Origin: a bacterium
Lineage (GTDB): Bacteria; Patescibacteriota; Saccharimonadia; UBA4664
Direction of reading: 5' to 3'
DNA length: 36,116 nucleotides
Assembly (NCBI GenBank): GCA_043740495.1
Contig: JAYUCF010000005.1
Span: 1-36,116 of the forward strand
Part shown: positions 8,224 through 16,471 of the stretch, piece after piece
Layout: the number at the start of each line of letters is the position of its first letter
Position numbering within the stretch: position 1 is the stretch's first letter
Program-made: the position numbers and the translations under genes
Notes under the pieces: generated by a model
What the model was told of the DNA's origin: nothing
The model's input: the letters and a program-made list of their open reading frames with translations, nothing else
Database searches by the model: none

Positions 8224-8786
8224 GCCCGAGCTAGATAAGAGCCGGAAAGCGTATTCACCTTGATCTTGTCACCCTCATTCACAAACAATGGCACCATCAC
8301 CGACACGCCGGTTTCCAGTGTAGCCGGCTTTAACGCCGTAGTGGCTGTATCACCCTTCACGCCCGGCTCGGTGGTGCTCACCTCTAGCACTACAGCATTG
8401 GGAATTTCGAGCCCGATTACCCGGCCGTTAAACATCTGCAAACCCACTGTCGTATCATCAGCCACGTACTTAGACTGGTCGCCCAGCACATCGGCGCTCA
8501 CCGTTTCCTGATCGTAGGTATCGTTATTCATGAATACCAGATTATCGCCTTCGCGGTAAAGCATCTGCATATTCGCCCGCGTCACATCGGCCGGCAAAAT
8601 TTTGTCAGAGCCTCGAAAGGACTTTTCCACCACGCCGCCGCTCAGCAGGTTTTTGAGCTTAACCTGAACCACCGCCCCACCCCGGCCCATCGCGTGATGC
8701 GAATATTCCACCACGCGATAAGGTGCGCCCTCAAGCTCCACCAACACCCCAATCTTCAGATCCGTGTGTCCATAAACGTTTGCCAT
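8220..8786 (-). CDS. efp: Translation elongation factor P
   Basis: Full-length similarity to EF-P (GAPYRVVEY..., KLKNLLSG, EPGVKGDTA, KPATLETG). The loop tip reads AMGRGGA. Confidence 0.95.
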   Translation of the reverse strand: MANVYGHTDLKIGVLVELEGAPYRVVEYSHHAMGRGGAVVQVKLKNLLSGGVVEKSFRGSDKILPADVTRANMQMLYREGDNLVFMNNDTYDQETVSADVLGDQSKYVADDTTVGLQMFNGRVIGLEIPNAVVLEVSTTEPGVKGDTATTALKPATLETGVSVMVPLFVNEGDKIKVNTLSGSYLARA

Positions 8787-8792
8787 ATCCAG

Positions 8793-9011
8793 CTACCGAA
8801 CCGTAAAGGGCAGCAACGCGATGTGACGGGCGCGCTTCAGTGCCACTGCCACCCGGCGCTGATGGCGCAGGCAGTTACCGGTTCGCTTACGGCCTTCGAT
8901 CTTACCGTAGCTCGACAAATACCGCTGCAGCAGCTTCACGTCCTTATAGTCGACGTAATCAACTTTCTCGGCGCAGAAGCGACAGACTTTTTTAGAATAA
9001 AAATTAGCCAT
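8793..9011 (-). CDS. rpsR: 30S ribosomal protein S18
   Basis: [43 protein letters not shown] is a typical S18 core. It has the rpsF-ssb-rpsR operon context. Confidence 0.95.
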   Translation of the reverse strand: MANFYSKKVCRFCAEKVDYVDYKDVKLLQRYLSSYGKIEGRKRTGNCLRHQRRVAVALKRARHIALLPFTVR

Positions 9012-9043
9012 TATTTTTCGTATCCTCTTGCATTATCAAATCC

Positions 9044-9514
9044 CTAGAAAGGGATGTCATCTAAATTAATATTGGAGTTGGTGTCGAGATCTTGGATCAC
9101 AACATCGTCGGACTTCGCGGCGCTGGAATTGCTGCTTGATTTGGGTGCGGTCCGATCTTCCGATCCACCGGCCCCAGCTGCTCCCGGAGCATCCAGGAAG
9201 TTCACGTCCGCCGCCACAATCTCGGTGCGTTGACGCTTCACGCCGTCCTTTTCCCAACTCTGAGTTTGCAAACGCCCTACCACCATCACCTTACGGCCCT
9301 TGGCCAAATACTGAGCAGCCAGCTCTCCAAGCTTTCCCCAAGCCACAATCTCGTGATACTCCACGGCTTCTTTGCGTTCACCGTTGCCGTCTGTCCAGCT
9401 GCGGTTGGTGGCCACCGCAAACGAAGCCACTTGCTGCCCACTCGGCGTGGATCGCAACTCCGGATCTCGCGTTAAGTTGCCCATAACTATGGCTTGATTA
9501 AAGCTCTTCGCCAC
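9044..9514 (-). CDS. ssb: Single-stranded DNA-binding protein
   Basis: OB-fold N-terminus FNQAIVMGNLTRDPELR, a Gly/Ser-rich linker, and an acidic tail ending DDIPF. The GTG start overlaps the rpsF stop by 1 nt. Confidence 0.95.
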   Translation of the reverse strand: MAKSFNQAIVMGNLTRDPELRSTPSGQQVASFAVATNRSWTDGNGERKEAVEYHEIVAWGKLGELAAQYLAKGRKVMVVGRLQTQSWEKDGVKRQRTEIVAADVNFLDAPGAAGAGGSEDRTAPKSSSNSSAAKSDDVVIQDLDTNSNINLDDIPF

Positions 9515-9879
9515 TAGTTAGCTTCCTCTCCGGCCGTTACTTCCGATTTCTTTTCGCCCATTTCGTTTTTCTTAGATTCAACTCTGGGTGGGTTCTCTTC
9601 GTGTACTACCAGGATATGCCGCAGAACTTCTTCGGTAATTAAAATAGTGCGCTCGAGTTCCTGAACACCCTCCGGGGGTAGGCTCAGTTCAAAATATACG
9701 TAAATAGCAAACTCCTGACGCGCTATCTTATACGCCAGGCGCTTCTTGCCCCAGTTATCACGCTTCAGTACTTTTCCGTCCACCGCTTTTACCAGGGCTT
9801 CAAGCTTGGTGATCGGCGCTTCTACGTCGATCTCGAGGTCTGGGTGCAGTAGCACCATCAATTCATATGTCTTTTGCAT
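9514..9879 (-). CDS. rpsF: 30S ribosomal protein S6
   Basis: YELMVLLHPDLE ... WGKKRLAYKI is typical of S6. SD GGAAG upstream of the ATG. Confidence 0.95.
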   Translation of the reverse strand: MQKTYELMVLLHPDLEIDVEAPITKLEALVKAVDGKVLKRDNWGKKRLAYKIARQEFAIYVYFELSLPPEGVQELERTILITEEVLRHILVVHEENPPRVESKKNEMGEKKSEVTAGEEAN

Positions 9880-9972
9880 TGCTTCCTTTCTTTGGAAACT
9901 GGGAGTTCCTACTCCCAGCTACGTTTGACTGCGTGCCAAACGCAAAAAGGTTAATTGATTTAAAACTAGCCA

Positions 9973-10001
9973 ATTGTACCTAATTTTAGTTCACTAGTCA
10001 A
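9973..10001 (-). promoter_or_regulatory. Candidate promoter of the rpsF-ssb-rpsR-efp-tlyA-NUDIX operon (TTGACT-17-TACAAT)
   Basis: Minus strand: TTGACT (10001-9996), 17 nt spacer, TACAAT (9978-9973). It predicts an ~87 nt leader containing the hairpin CTGGGAGT/ACTCCCAG at 9899-9918. Confidence 0.5.
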
Positions 10002-10073
10002 TCTGATAACGCCGACGAATCGTTGATAATTTTGTCTCGTTCTTTCTGAGTACTTGGGGTGTACAATCATGGC

Positions 10074-10604
10074 ATGTATTCCCTGGAGAGCAACCTGGTA
10101 GACCAACCAATTATCAGCCTTCAGACAGGACAAGTCGTGGCCTGGGCAGGCCCGCCCGTCATCGATGTCAGTAGTCTCGAAGTGGTTGCCTATACCTGTA
10201 AAATACCTCGCCACAAACAGCCCTTGTTGCTCATGACGGGTGACATTCGCCAATACGCCACCGATTGCATCATCATCGACGATGAAGATGAACTCGCCAG
10301 CCCGGACGACATCGTCCGCTTCACGACCAACCTGAATCACCACTATTCTCCCCTGGGCAAACCGGTGGTCGCCGACACTGGACGTAAACTTGGTGTGGTC
10401 GAAGATTATAGTATTAATCTGGACACCAACCGCGTCCACAAGCTCTACGTCAGGCAATCAATATGGCGCGCTTGGCTGGGTTCAAACCTCATCATCGACC
10501 GCACCCAAATCATCGACATCACCCCCGATCAGATAACGGTCCGGGACTCCACGGTCACCAACAAATTACTCGGATCGGACACCGTGCCCGAAATCCACCC
10601 TTGA
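10074..10604 (+). CDS. PRC-barrel-like domain protein (two barrel-like halves), function unknown
   Basis: LVDQPIISLQTGQVVAW and LGKPVVADTGRKLGVVEDYSINLDTNRVHKLYV resemble PRC-barrel/YlmC-type repeats (by eye). ATG 10074 is preferred over GTG 10059, because TACAAT (10062-10067) sits 6 nt before it. Confidence 0.6.
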   Translation: MYSLESNLVDQPIISLQTGQVVAWAGPPVIDVSSLEVVAYTCKIPRHKQPLLLMTGDIRQYATDCIIIDDEDELASPDDIVRFTTNLNHHYSPLGKPVVADTGRKLGVVEDYSINLDTNRVHKLYVRQSIWRAWLGSNLIIDRTQIIDITPDQITVRDSTVTNKLLGSDTVPEIHP

Positions 10605-10715
10605 TCATAAAAAATTCTTAAGCTACACTGTTACCAGATAACCAGAGTCAACCGTGATCATTATTCTCATCTGGGCTGTAGCGTTCGTTCTCGCCTACCG
10701 TCTCGTAACCGCCAA

Positions 10716-11336
10716 CTAGCTAGCCTCTCCGAGCTGCTCCATCGCCTCTTTAATGAGGGCCCACCGGTACCCCTGTCTCTGCAAGTACGCTACCAACTTC
10801 TTGTCATCCCCATATCCGCTCGTTCGCCTTTTACGCTCAATTAAGACTTTGAGCGTCTGTAGTTCGCGTTCCGGATCAATTTCCTCGAGCGCCAGATCGA
10901 TAATATCCCTAGCCACCCCTTTCGCACCCAATTCTTGCACCAGTCGCATCCGGCTGCGTGGCCGTACGGCCAATCGGTCTGCAATCCAGGCCGCCGCAAA
11001 CGCGCGGTCATCCACGAGCCCTAGTCCTTCCAGCCGTTCCAGGGCTGCCTCCACTTCATCCTGAGCGCAATTCTTGCGGGTCAAATAATCCGTCAGTTCG
11101 CGCCGGCTTCTAACGCGGACTCCCAAATAACGAAGAGCCAAGGCATAAGCCTTGGCTTCGTTCGCTTTCTGCGTGTACTGCGAAATATCTGCAGCTTCCA
11201 GCTCCTGCCCCACCCGCAAACCACTCATACTCAAGTCCAAATCTGACAGGGTGAAACTATAGGCGCTATCAACAAAGATATTGAACCTATTCGACCGAGC
11301 GCGTGCCTGGCGTTTAATCGCCGTCACCACTGGCAC
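10716..11336 (-). CDS. recX: Recombination regulator RecX
   Basis: It lies immediately downstream of recA. It has the helical-repeat pattern AKAYALALRYLGVRVRSRRELTDYLTRK ... LIKEAM typical of RecX. Confidence 0.9.
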   Translation of the reverse strand: MPVVTAIKRQARARSNRFNIFVDSAYSFTLSDLDLSMSGLRVGQELEAADISQYTQKANEAKAYALALRYLGVRVRSRRELTDYLTRKNCAQDEVEAALERLEGLGLVDDRAFAAAWIADRLAVRPRSRMRLVQELGAKGVARDIIDLALEEIDPERELQTLKVLIERKRRTSGYGDDKKLVAYLQRQGYRWALIKEAMEQLGEAS

Positions 11337-11339
11337 GGC

Positions 11340-12410
11340 CTACGCCCCTTGGGCAAGCTTGCGGATATCTTTGTCGAGAGTCTTAATAAGCTCGGGATGA
11401 TCCTTTAGGTACTGCTTTGCCGCCTCGCGCCCCTGGCCAATCTTTTCGTCTTTGTACGAGTACCACGCCCCACTCTTTACCACTAACTCAAATTTCACGG
11501 CGAGATCGATAATATCGCCAGCTACGGAAATACCCTCATTAAACATGATGTCGAATTCGGCCACCTTAAACGGTGCCGCCACCTTGTTCTTCACAACTTT
11601 CACCTTTACATGCTTACCAATCGACACATCACCGTCTTTGATCTGCTCCGATCCGCGAATGTCCATTCTGACGGAAGCGTAATACTTGAGAGCCTGACCC
11701 CCGGCCGTAGTCTCGGGATTGCCGAACATGACGCCGATCTTGATCCGCAGCTGATTGATAAACACCACGGTGGTCTTACTCTTGGAGATCACCCCTGTAA
11801 GTTTACGCAGCGCCTGACTCATCAGCCGAGCCTGCAAACCGACGTGAGCATCTCCCATGTCACCTTCTATCTCTGCCCGTGGCACCAGGGCTGCCACCGA
11901 GTCTACTACAATGATGTCGACCGCCGACGAACGCACCAGCGTTTCGACGATCTCCAGCGCCTGCTCACCGGTATCAGGTTGCGAAATCAGCAGCGTATCG
12001 AGATTAATACCGATTCTGGACGCGTAGTCGGGGTCAAGTGCGTGCTCCGCATCAATGAAGGCGGCTGTACCGCCGTTCTTCTGGACCTCAGCTACGGCAT
12101 GCAGCGCCAAAGTCGTCTTGCCGCTCGACTCCGGTCCGTAAATCTCCACAATCCGCCCCTGCGGCAAACCACCACCCAGCGCCAAATCCAACGATAACGA
12201 CCCCGTCGGGATCGTCGCTACATCAATCTTGTGCGCCTCGCCGAGCTTCATAATCGAGCCGGCACCAAATTGCTTTTCGATCTGCGCCATCGCCAGATCG
12301 ATGGCTTTCATTCGTTCGGCCTTTTCGGTCGAGACCTGTTTATCAGCCTTTACGACCTCTTTATTAACCTTCGGTTCCATTGCTACCTTCTCCGCTAGTT
12401 CAGTGCTCAT
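11340..12410 (-). CDS. recA: Recombinase RecA
   Basis: Walker [10 protein letters not shown], plus [16 protein letters not shown] and FINQLR motifs. SD AAAGGA upstream of the ATG. Confidence 0.97.
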   Translation of the reverse strand: MSTELAEKVAMEPKVNKEVVKADKQVSTEKAERMKAIDLAMAQIEKQFGAGSIMKLGEAHKIDVATIPTGSLSLDLALGGGLPQGRIVEIYGPESSGKTTLALHAVAEVQKNGGTAAFIDAEHALDPDYASRIGINLDTLLISQPDTGEQALEIVETLVRSSAVDIIVVDSVAALVPRAEIEGDMGDAHVGLQARLMSQALRKLTGVISKSKTTVVFINQLRIKIGVMFGNPETTAGGQALKYYASVRMDIRGSEQIKDGDVSIGKHVKVKVVKNKVAAPFKVAEFDIMFNEGISVAGDIIDLAVKFELVVKSGAWYSYKDEKIGQGREAAKQYLKDHPELIKTLDKDIRKLAQGA

Positions 12411-12446
12411 TGTATCGTCCTTTGATCTGGTTATCTATGTAGATGC

Positions 12447-12476
12447 ATAGTAACCGAACAATAACCGAACTGTCAA
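12447..12476 (-). promoter_or_regulatory. Candidate recA promoter (TTGACA-18-TACTAT) with a 9-bp direct repeat filling the spacer
   Basis: Minus strand: TTGACA (12476-12471) and TACTAT (12452-12447). The spacer contains GTTCGGTTA tt GTTCGGTTA (plus strand TAACCGAAC at 12451-12459 and 12462-12470). Confidence 0.5.
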
Positions 12477-12970
12477 CGATAATTTTGAAAATCGAGTGGG
12501 AAGTCGAAATCAGCCCCCCTCAGCAGCGTCATAACTCCCTGCAAATCGTCCTTACTGGCCGAACTCACCCGTACCTCTTCGCCCTGAATTTGCGCCTTGG
12601 CCTTAGGATATTTATCTCGAATTAACTTAGTAATTTGTTTGGCCTTGTCCTGGTCGAGGCCCTTCTTGAAAGCCACACTCCAGCGCATCTCCTTGCCTCC
12701 CTGCACCGGGTCTTTCGTGGTGTCGAGCACCTTCAGTGATACGCCCCGCTTCATTAACTTGCTTTGCAGCATATCCAAAATCGCGTCCAGCTGGTTCTTC
12801 GTCTCACCCTCAATGTTCACACCAGTCTTACCGTCAGCAAACTCCAGCTTGGCCGCCGTCCCCTTAAAATCATACCGTTGGCCCAACTCACGCTGAGCCT
12901 GGTCCACCGCGTTGGTCACTTCCGCCACGTCATAATCGCTCACCACATCAAAAGAAAAATCTTTCGCCAT
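12473..12970 (-). CDS. yajQ: YajQ-family nucleotide-binding protein (UPF0234)
   Basis: FSFDVVSDYDVAEVTNAVDQAQRELGQRYDFKG is a typical YajQ N-terminus, and the length is 165 aa. SD AAGGAAGGGGA. Confidence 0.9.
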   Translation of the reverse strand: MAKDFSFDVVSDYDVAEVTNAVDQAQRELGQRYDFKGTAAKLEFADGKTGVNIEGETKNQLDAILDMLQSKLMKRGVSLKVLDTTKDPVQGGKEMRWSVAFKKGLDQDKAKQITKLIRDKYPKAKAQIQGEEVRVSSASKDDLQGVMTLLRGADFDFPLDFQNYR

Positions 12971-12994
12971 AGTCGTTCCCCTTCCTTACGGGAA

Positions 12995-13960
12995 TTAGTT
13001 TACTAAAATTACCGTGTCCTTGGCAAAATCCTGGTTCCGGCGGATCTCACCCTCCTTGCCCAACGGGCTCAACTTCTTGCCCGCCCCGACAGCGTTGGTC
13101 ACCGTCAAACTCGTCGCCCCAGCATTGCCGGTCGTAATATTCACATCCGTCTTACCCGTGAACACCTGGCTCCACCCCGCCAATACGGTGGCCTTCCAAG
13201 GCGCCCCGCCGTCAACAATCACCACCACCGAGGTAGTCTCCTTCACGCTCACTGCCACCGCCACACCGTCAAACACCGCCACCGGCACCACGGCTTGCGT
13301 AGGATCCAGCTTTGGCAGCTTGGCCAGCACGTTGCGGGTCACGCTAGTACTTTTGCCCAATTTACTCCGCGCGGCGATCCGAATAGTGTTCACGCCGTCC
13401 TGGAGCGCCACTTTTTCGCTAAAATTACCGTCCGTATCCGTCAGCACCGGCGAATCATTCACGTTCACATCCGCCCCTGGCGTGGTGCGTCCGGCCACGT
13501 TTATCACCGCTCCGGCCAACACCCGGTCGGCGTCAGGCGAGGTAATCGTGAGTTGCGGTGCCGCGGCCAAGGCCGAAAACTGCCACAACAAATACCACAA
13601 CACGGCCGCCACCACCGCCAATGCGCCGAAAGCGCTCAGCAGCCTCCTTGTGAGTACAATCCGGGCTCCCCGCTCCATCTGCGGCCGCTTGGTTTCGGCC
13701 TGATCCACGCCCCCGCGCTCACCCACGTATTGCGCGGCCACAAACGCCCCATCCAAACCCAAATGATTCGCATAATGCTGCACGAACCCGCGTGAGTAAA
13801 TATCGTTGGGCAAGCTCTTATACTCACCCGATTCCAATGCCGTCAAGAACTTACCCCGAATCTTGGTATCGAGCTCCACCTGAGCCAAGCTCAGCCGCAG
13901 CGCCTGGCGACGGGATTTGAGTTTCTGACCTACATTTATTTGCTTGGGGTCATCAGACAT
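12995..13960 (-). CDS. RodZ-like cytoskeleton/shape protein (HTH domain, one TM helix, extracytoplasmic Ig-like and DUF4115-like regions)
   Basis: N-terminal XRE-type HTH VGQKLKSRRQALRLSLAQVELDTKIRGKFLTALESGEY. TM helix LLSAFGALAVVAAVLWYLLW. The C-terminal beta-rich region ends like RodZ. Confidence 0.7.
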   Translation of the reverse strand: MSDDPKQINVGQKLKSRRQALRLSLAQVELDTKIRGKFLTALESGEYKSLPNDIYSRGFVQHYANHLGLDGAFVAAQYVGERGGVDQAETKRPQMERGARIVLTRRLLSAFGALAVVAAVLWYLLWQFSALAAAPQLTITSPDADRVLAGAVINVAGRTTPGADVNVNDSPVLTDTDGNFSEKVALQDGVNTIRIAARSKLGKSTSVTRNVLAKLPKLDPTQAVVPVAVFDGVAVAVSVKETTSVVVIVDGGAPWKATVLAGWSQVFTGKTDVNITTGNAGATSLTVTNAVGAGKKLSPLGKEGEIRRNQDFAKDTVILVN

Positions 13961-14129
13961 ATATACATCTTACCGTGTAATTCAATGAAGGTGGAGCGAA
14001 GCCAACGCCGCGGCGGGAACGCGCGATGGCGAAGTGAGCGCTAGACAGAACATAAAATATAGACTAGCAATGAGATAGAGTTCGTCAACAAGCCACTCGC
14101 GCGGACCCGCCTCGGCGCAGCCTACTTAC

Positions 14130-16373
14130 TTACTCGTCGTAAGGCTCGGCGGGGCGCATCGCTTCGTCGCCGACAGCGCTCGAAGACCGAACCTGGTCCA
14201 AGCTCGAAATCAACACGTCACGCGGCCTGGCGCCGTCGGCCGGCCCGATAATCCCCCGCTCCTCGAGCAGGTCGAGCAATCTAGCTGCCCGTGCGTAGCC
14301 CACCCGCAGCCGGCGCTGGAGCATTGAGGCCGACGCCTTACCGGCCGCAAACACCGCCGCCGCCGCTTCGTCAAACATGTCGTCATCGGGCTCACCAAAG
14401 TCACCGCCGGTGCCGGCGTTACCATGGCGGCCGCCAATCGACACCTTCTGCGCCAATACCTCGTCGTTATACTGCGGTTGCCGGACGCTGCGTAAGTAGT
14501 CCGTGAGAGCCTTGGTCTCTTTTTCGTCAATGTATACGCCCTGAATACGGCGGGGCTTAATATACTCGGGACTCGAAAACAGCATGTCGCCCTTACCCAG
14601 CAGCTTCTCCGCGCCCATCTGATCCAAAATTGTCCTGGAGTCGATCTGGCTGGCCACGCTAAACGCCACCCGCGCTGGAATATTAGCCTTAATAATTCCG
14701 GTAATCACATCCACACTCGGCCGCTGCGTGGCCAGCACCAAGTGAATGCCCACCGCTCGCGCCATCTGCGCCAGGCGCACGATCAACGTTTCCACGTCGG
14801 CCGCCGCCAGCACCATCAGGTCAGCCAGCTCGTCGATCACGATCACGATATACGGCATCGCCTCTTCTTTGTGAGCGGTGTTATACTCCGCGATGTTGCG
14901 GTTACCCATCTCGGCCAACAGCTTGTAGCGCCGCTCCATCTCGGCCACCGACCATTTCAGCGCCGAAATGCACTTCTCGGGCTCCACGATCACGGGGGTC
15001 AGCAAGTGCGGAATATCGTTATACAACCCCAGCTCAACTCGCTTCGGGTCTACCAAAATTAATTTCATGTCGGCCGGCGCGTTGCGGTACAGCAGACTTG
15101 TGAGCAGCGCATTAATCATCACTGACTTTCCCGATCCGGTAGCGCCCGCTATCAGCAGGTGCGGCATCGCGGCCAAATCGGCGCTCATAGGTGTCCCGCT
15201 CACGTCGCGTCCCAGCACAAACGTCAGCGGAGCTTTCTGCGACATAATCTCGGGCGCGCTCAGCACATCGCGCAGGCGCACCGTGGCAATGGCCTTGTTC
15301 GGTATCTCCACACCCACCGCGCTTTTACCCGGGATTGGCGCCTCTATCCGAATCGGGTGAGCCGCCAGGCTCAATGCCAAGTTGGTATCGAGTCCGGTAA
15401 TCTTGTTGAGCTTCACTCCTGGCGGCGGGATGAAGGTATATTGTGTCACCGTAGGACCCACGTTCACCTCCCCCATCTTCACGTTAATTCCGAAGCTCTC
15501 CATGGTTTTTTGGATAATACTGGCATTGGCCTTCACATCGCCGGGGTCCGCGCTGCTGCTGGTTGATTCCAACAGCTCAAGGCCGGGCGCCGTCCATTCC
15601 TCCTCGGAATTGGCCGTTAGCGCCTCCTGCGGTTGACCTGACTTGGGTGGCACTGCCGATAATGGTGGCTTCAGGCTGCCAACGTTCAGATCCCCGCGCA
15701 TCGGCAACACCGTCATGGGCGAACCCGAATTATCATTCACTTTCAATTGTGCTATCTCGGGCCTCAGCTCGGGCGTGTTCTCATCCTCATTGACCGGCTT
15801 ACCTTCGCGCGTAAATCCAGCCAAAATTGCTCCAAATAATTCCTTGAGGTTGGTATTGGTCGACAAAATCAGAAAAATAGCCATTAGCGCAATCAATACA
15901 ATCGAAGCCGCCACCACATTCAAAACTCCCAGCATCCAGGTAGTAATAGATAGCCCCAAGTATCCCCCGCCGTAGCCGCTCTGGGCCGCTAGCCGGCCGT
16001 CCGCCGAGCTAATACCAATGTGAAACAGCGCCGCTAGGCTGCTCAGCAGGCCAATAAAACCAATATAATTCAGCCCGTTTACCGCATATTTCGTCGGCTG
16101 AAACAGCATCCACGCCAGCGACCCAAAAATCACCGGCAACAGATATGCCGAATATCCCATTGCCACTCGCAGGCTATGGAACATGGAGGTCACCAAACTA
16201 CCCCCGAAGTTAAAAGCAGCAAAACTCAGCAACAACGCCATCGCACCCAAGAATACTGCGGTAATCTCCCGCCTGGCCTCCGTGGACAGTGTAGCCGTCT
16301 TAGCCTTGCTCCTGCGCGTTGTGCGCGTCGAAGCGGTTCGCCTCGTCCTTTTGGTATATCTTTTTGCTGCCAT
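14130..16373 (-). CDS. ftsK: DNA translocase FtsK/SpoIIIE
   Basis: Four N-terminal TM helices and a Pro/Ser linker. Motor domain with Walker A GATGSGKS and IVIVIDELADL. Gamma winged-helix ASASMLQRRLRVGYARAARLLDLLEERGI. Confidence 0.95.
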   Translation of the reverse strand: MAAKRYTKRTRRTASTRTTRRSKAKTATLSTEARREITAVFLGAMALLLSFAAFNFGGSLVTSMFHSLRVAMGYSAYLLPVIFGSLAWMLFQPTKYAVNGLNYIGFIGLLSSLAALFHIGISSADGRLAAQSGYGGGYLGLSITTWMLGVLNVVAASIVLIALMAIFLILSTNTNLKELFGAILAGFTREGKPVNEDENTPELRPEIAQLKVNDNSGSPMTVLPMRGDLNVGSLKPPLSAVPPKSGQPQEALTANSEEEWTAPGLELLESTSSSADPGDVKANASIIQKTMESFGINVKMGEVNVGPTVTQYTFIPPPGVKLNKITGLDTNLALSLAAHPIRIEAPIPGKSAVGVEIPNKAIATVRLRDVLSAPEIMSQKAPLTFVLGRDVSGTPMSADLAAMPHLLIAGATGSGKSVMINALLTSLLYRNAPADMKLILVDPKRVELGLYNDIPHLLTPVIVEPEKCISALKWSVAEMERRYKLLAEMGNRNIAEYNTAHKEEAMPYIVIVIDELADLMVLAAADVETLIVRLAQMARAVGIHLVLATQRPSVDVITGIIKANIPARVAFSVASQIDSRTILDQMGAEKLLGKGDMLFSSPEYIKPRRIQGVYIDEKETKALTDYLRSVRQPQYNDEVLAQKVSIGGRHGNAGTGGDFGEPDDDMFDEAAAAVFAAGKASASMLQRRLRVGYARAARLLDLLEERGIIGPADGARPRDVLISSLDQVRSSSAVGDEAMRPAEPYDE

Positions 16374-16382
16374 ATCACAGGC

Positions 16383-16391
16383 ATTATATCA
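16383..16391 (-). promoter_or_regulatory. Extended -10 box TGaTATAAT, 9 nt before the ftsK ATG (leaderless-type)
   Basis: The minus strand reads TGATATAAT gcctgtgat ATG (ATG at 16373). There is no room for an SD. Confidence 0.55.
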
Positions 16392-16397
16392 GATTAC

Positions 16398-16446
16398 AAG
16401 CATAAACGGATCCGAACACATTATTTGTTCGAATCCGTTTATGCTT
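16398..16446 (-). terminator. Long hairpin (21-bp stem, 1 mismatch, 7-nt loop) just after the rnj stop; probable rnj terminator or processing site
   Basis: AAGCATAAACGGATCCGAACA (16398-16418) pairs with TGTTCGAATCCGTTTATGCTT (16426-16446). There is no clear U-tract on either strand, so it is not a textbook intrinsic terminator. Confidence 0.5.
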
Positions 16447-16471
16447 AATATGGCCAGGCTGCTGTCGCGCT

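Noticed and set aside
9966-10457. 163-aa minus-strand ORF overlapping the PRC-barrel gene and the rpsF promoter region
   Set aside because: It is antisense to an ORF with recognisable domain-like repeats. It has no start signals, and it would run through the divergent promoter region.
10654-10719. 21-codon hydrophobic mini-ORF (VIIILIWAVAFVLAYRLVTAN) after the PRC-barrel gene, whose stop overlaps the recX stop (CTAG)
   Set aside because: It has a GTG start with no SD and no -10 box at leaderless distance. It is too short to judge from composition. It may be a real small membrane peptide, but I cannot support it from sequence alone.
16413-16431. CGAAC ... GTTCG in the rnj-ftsK spacer, resembling a Gram-positive LexA (Cheo) box
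   Set aside because: The half-sites are 9 nt apart rather than 4. They are simply the top of the 21-bp terminator-like hairpin.
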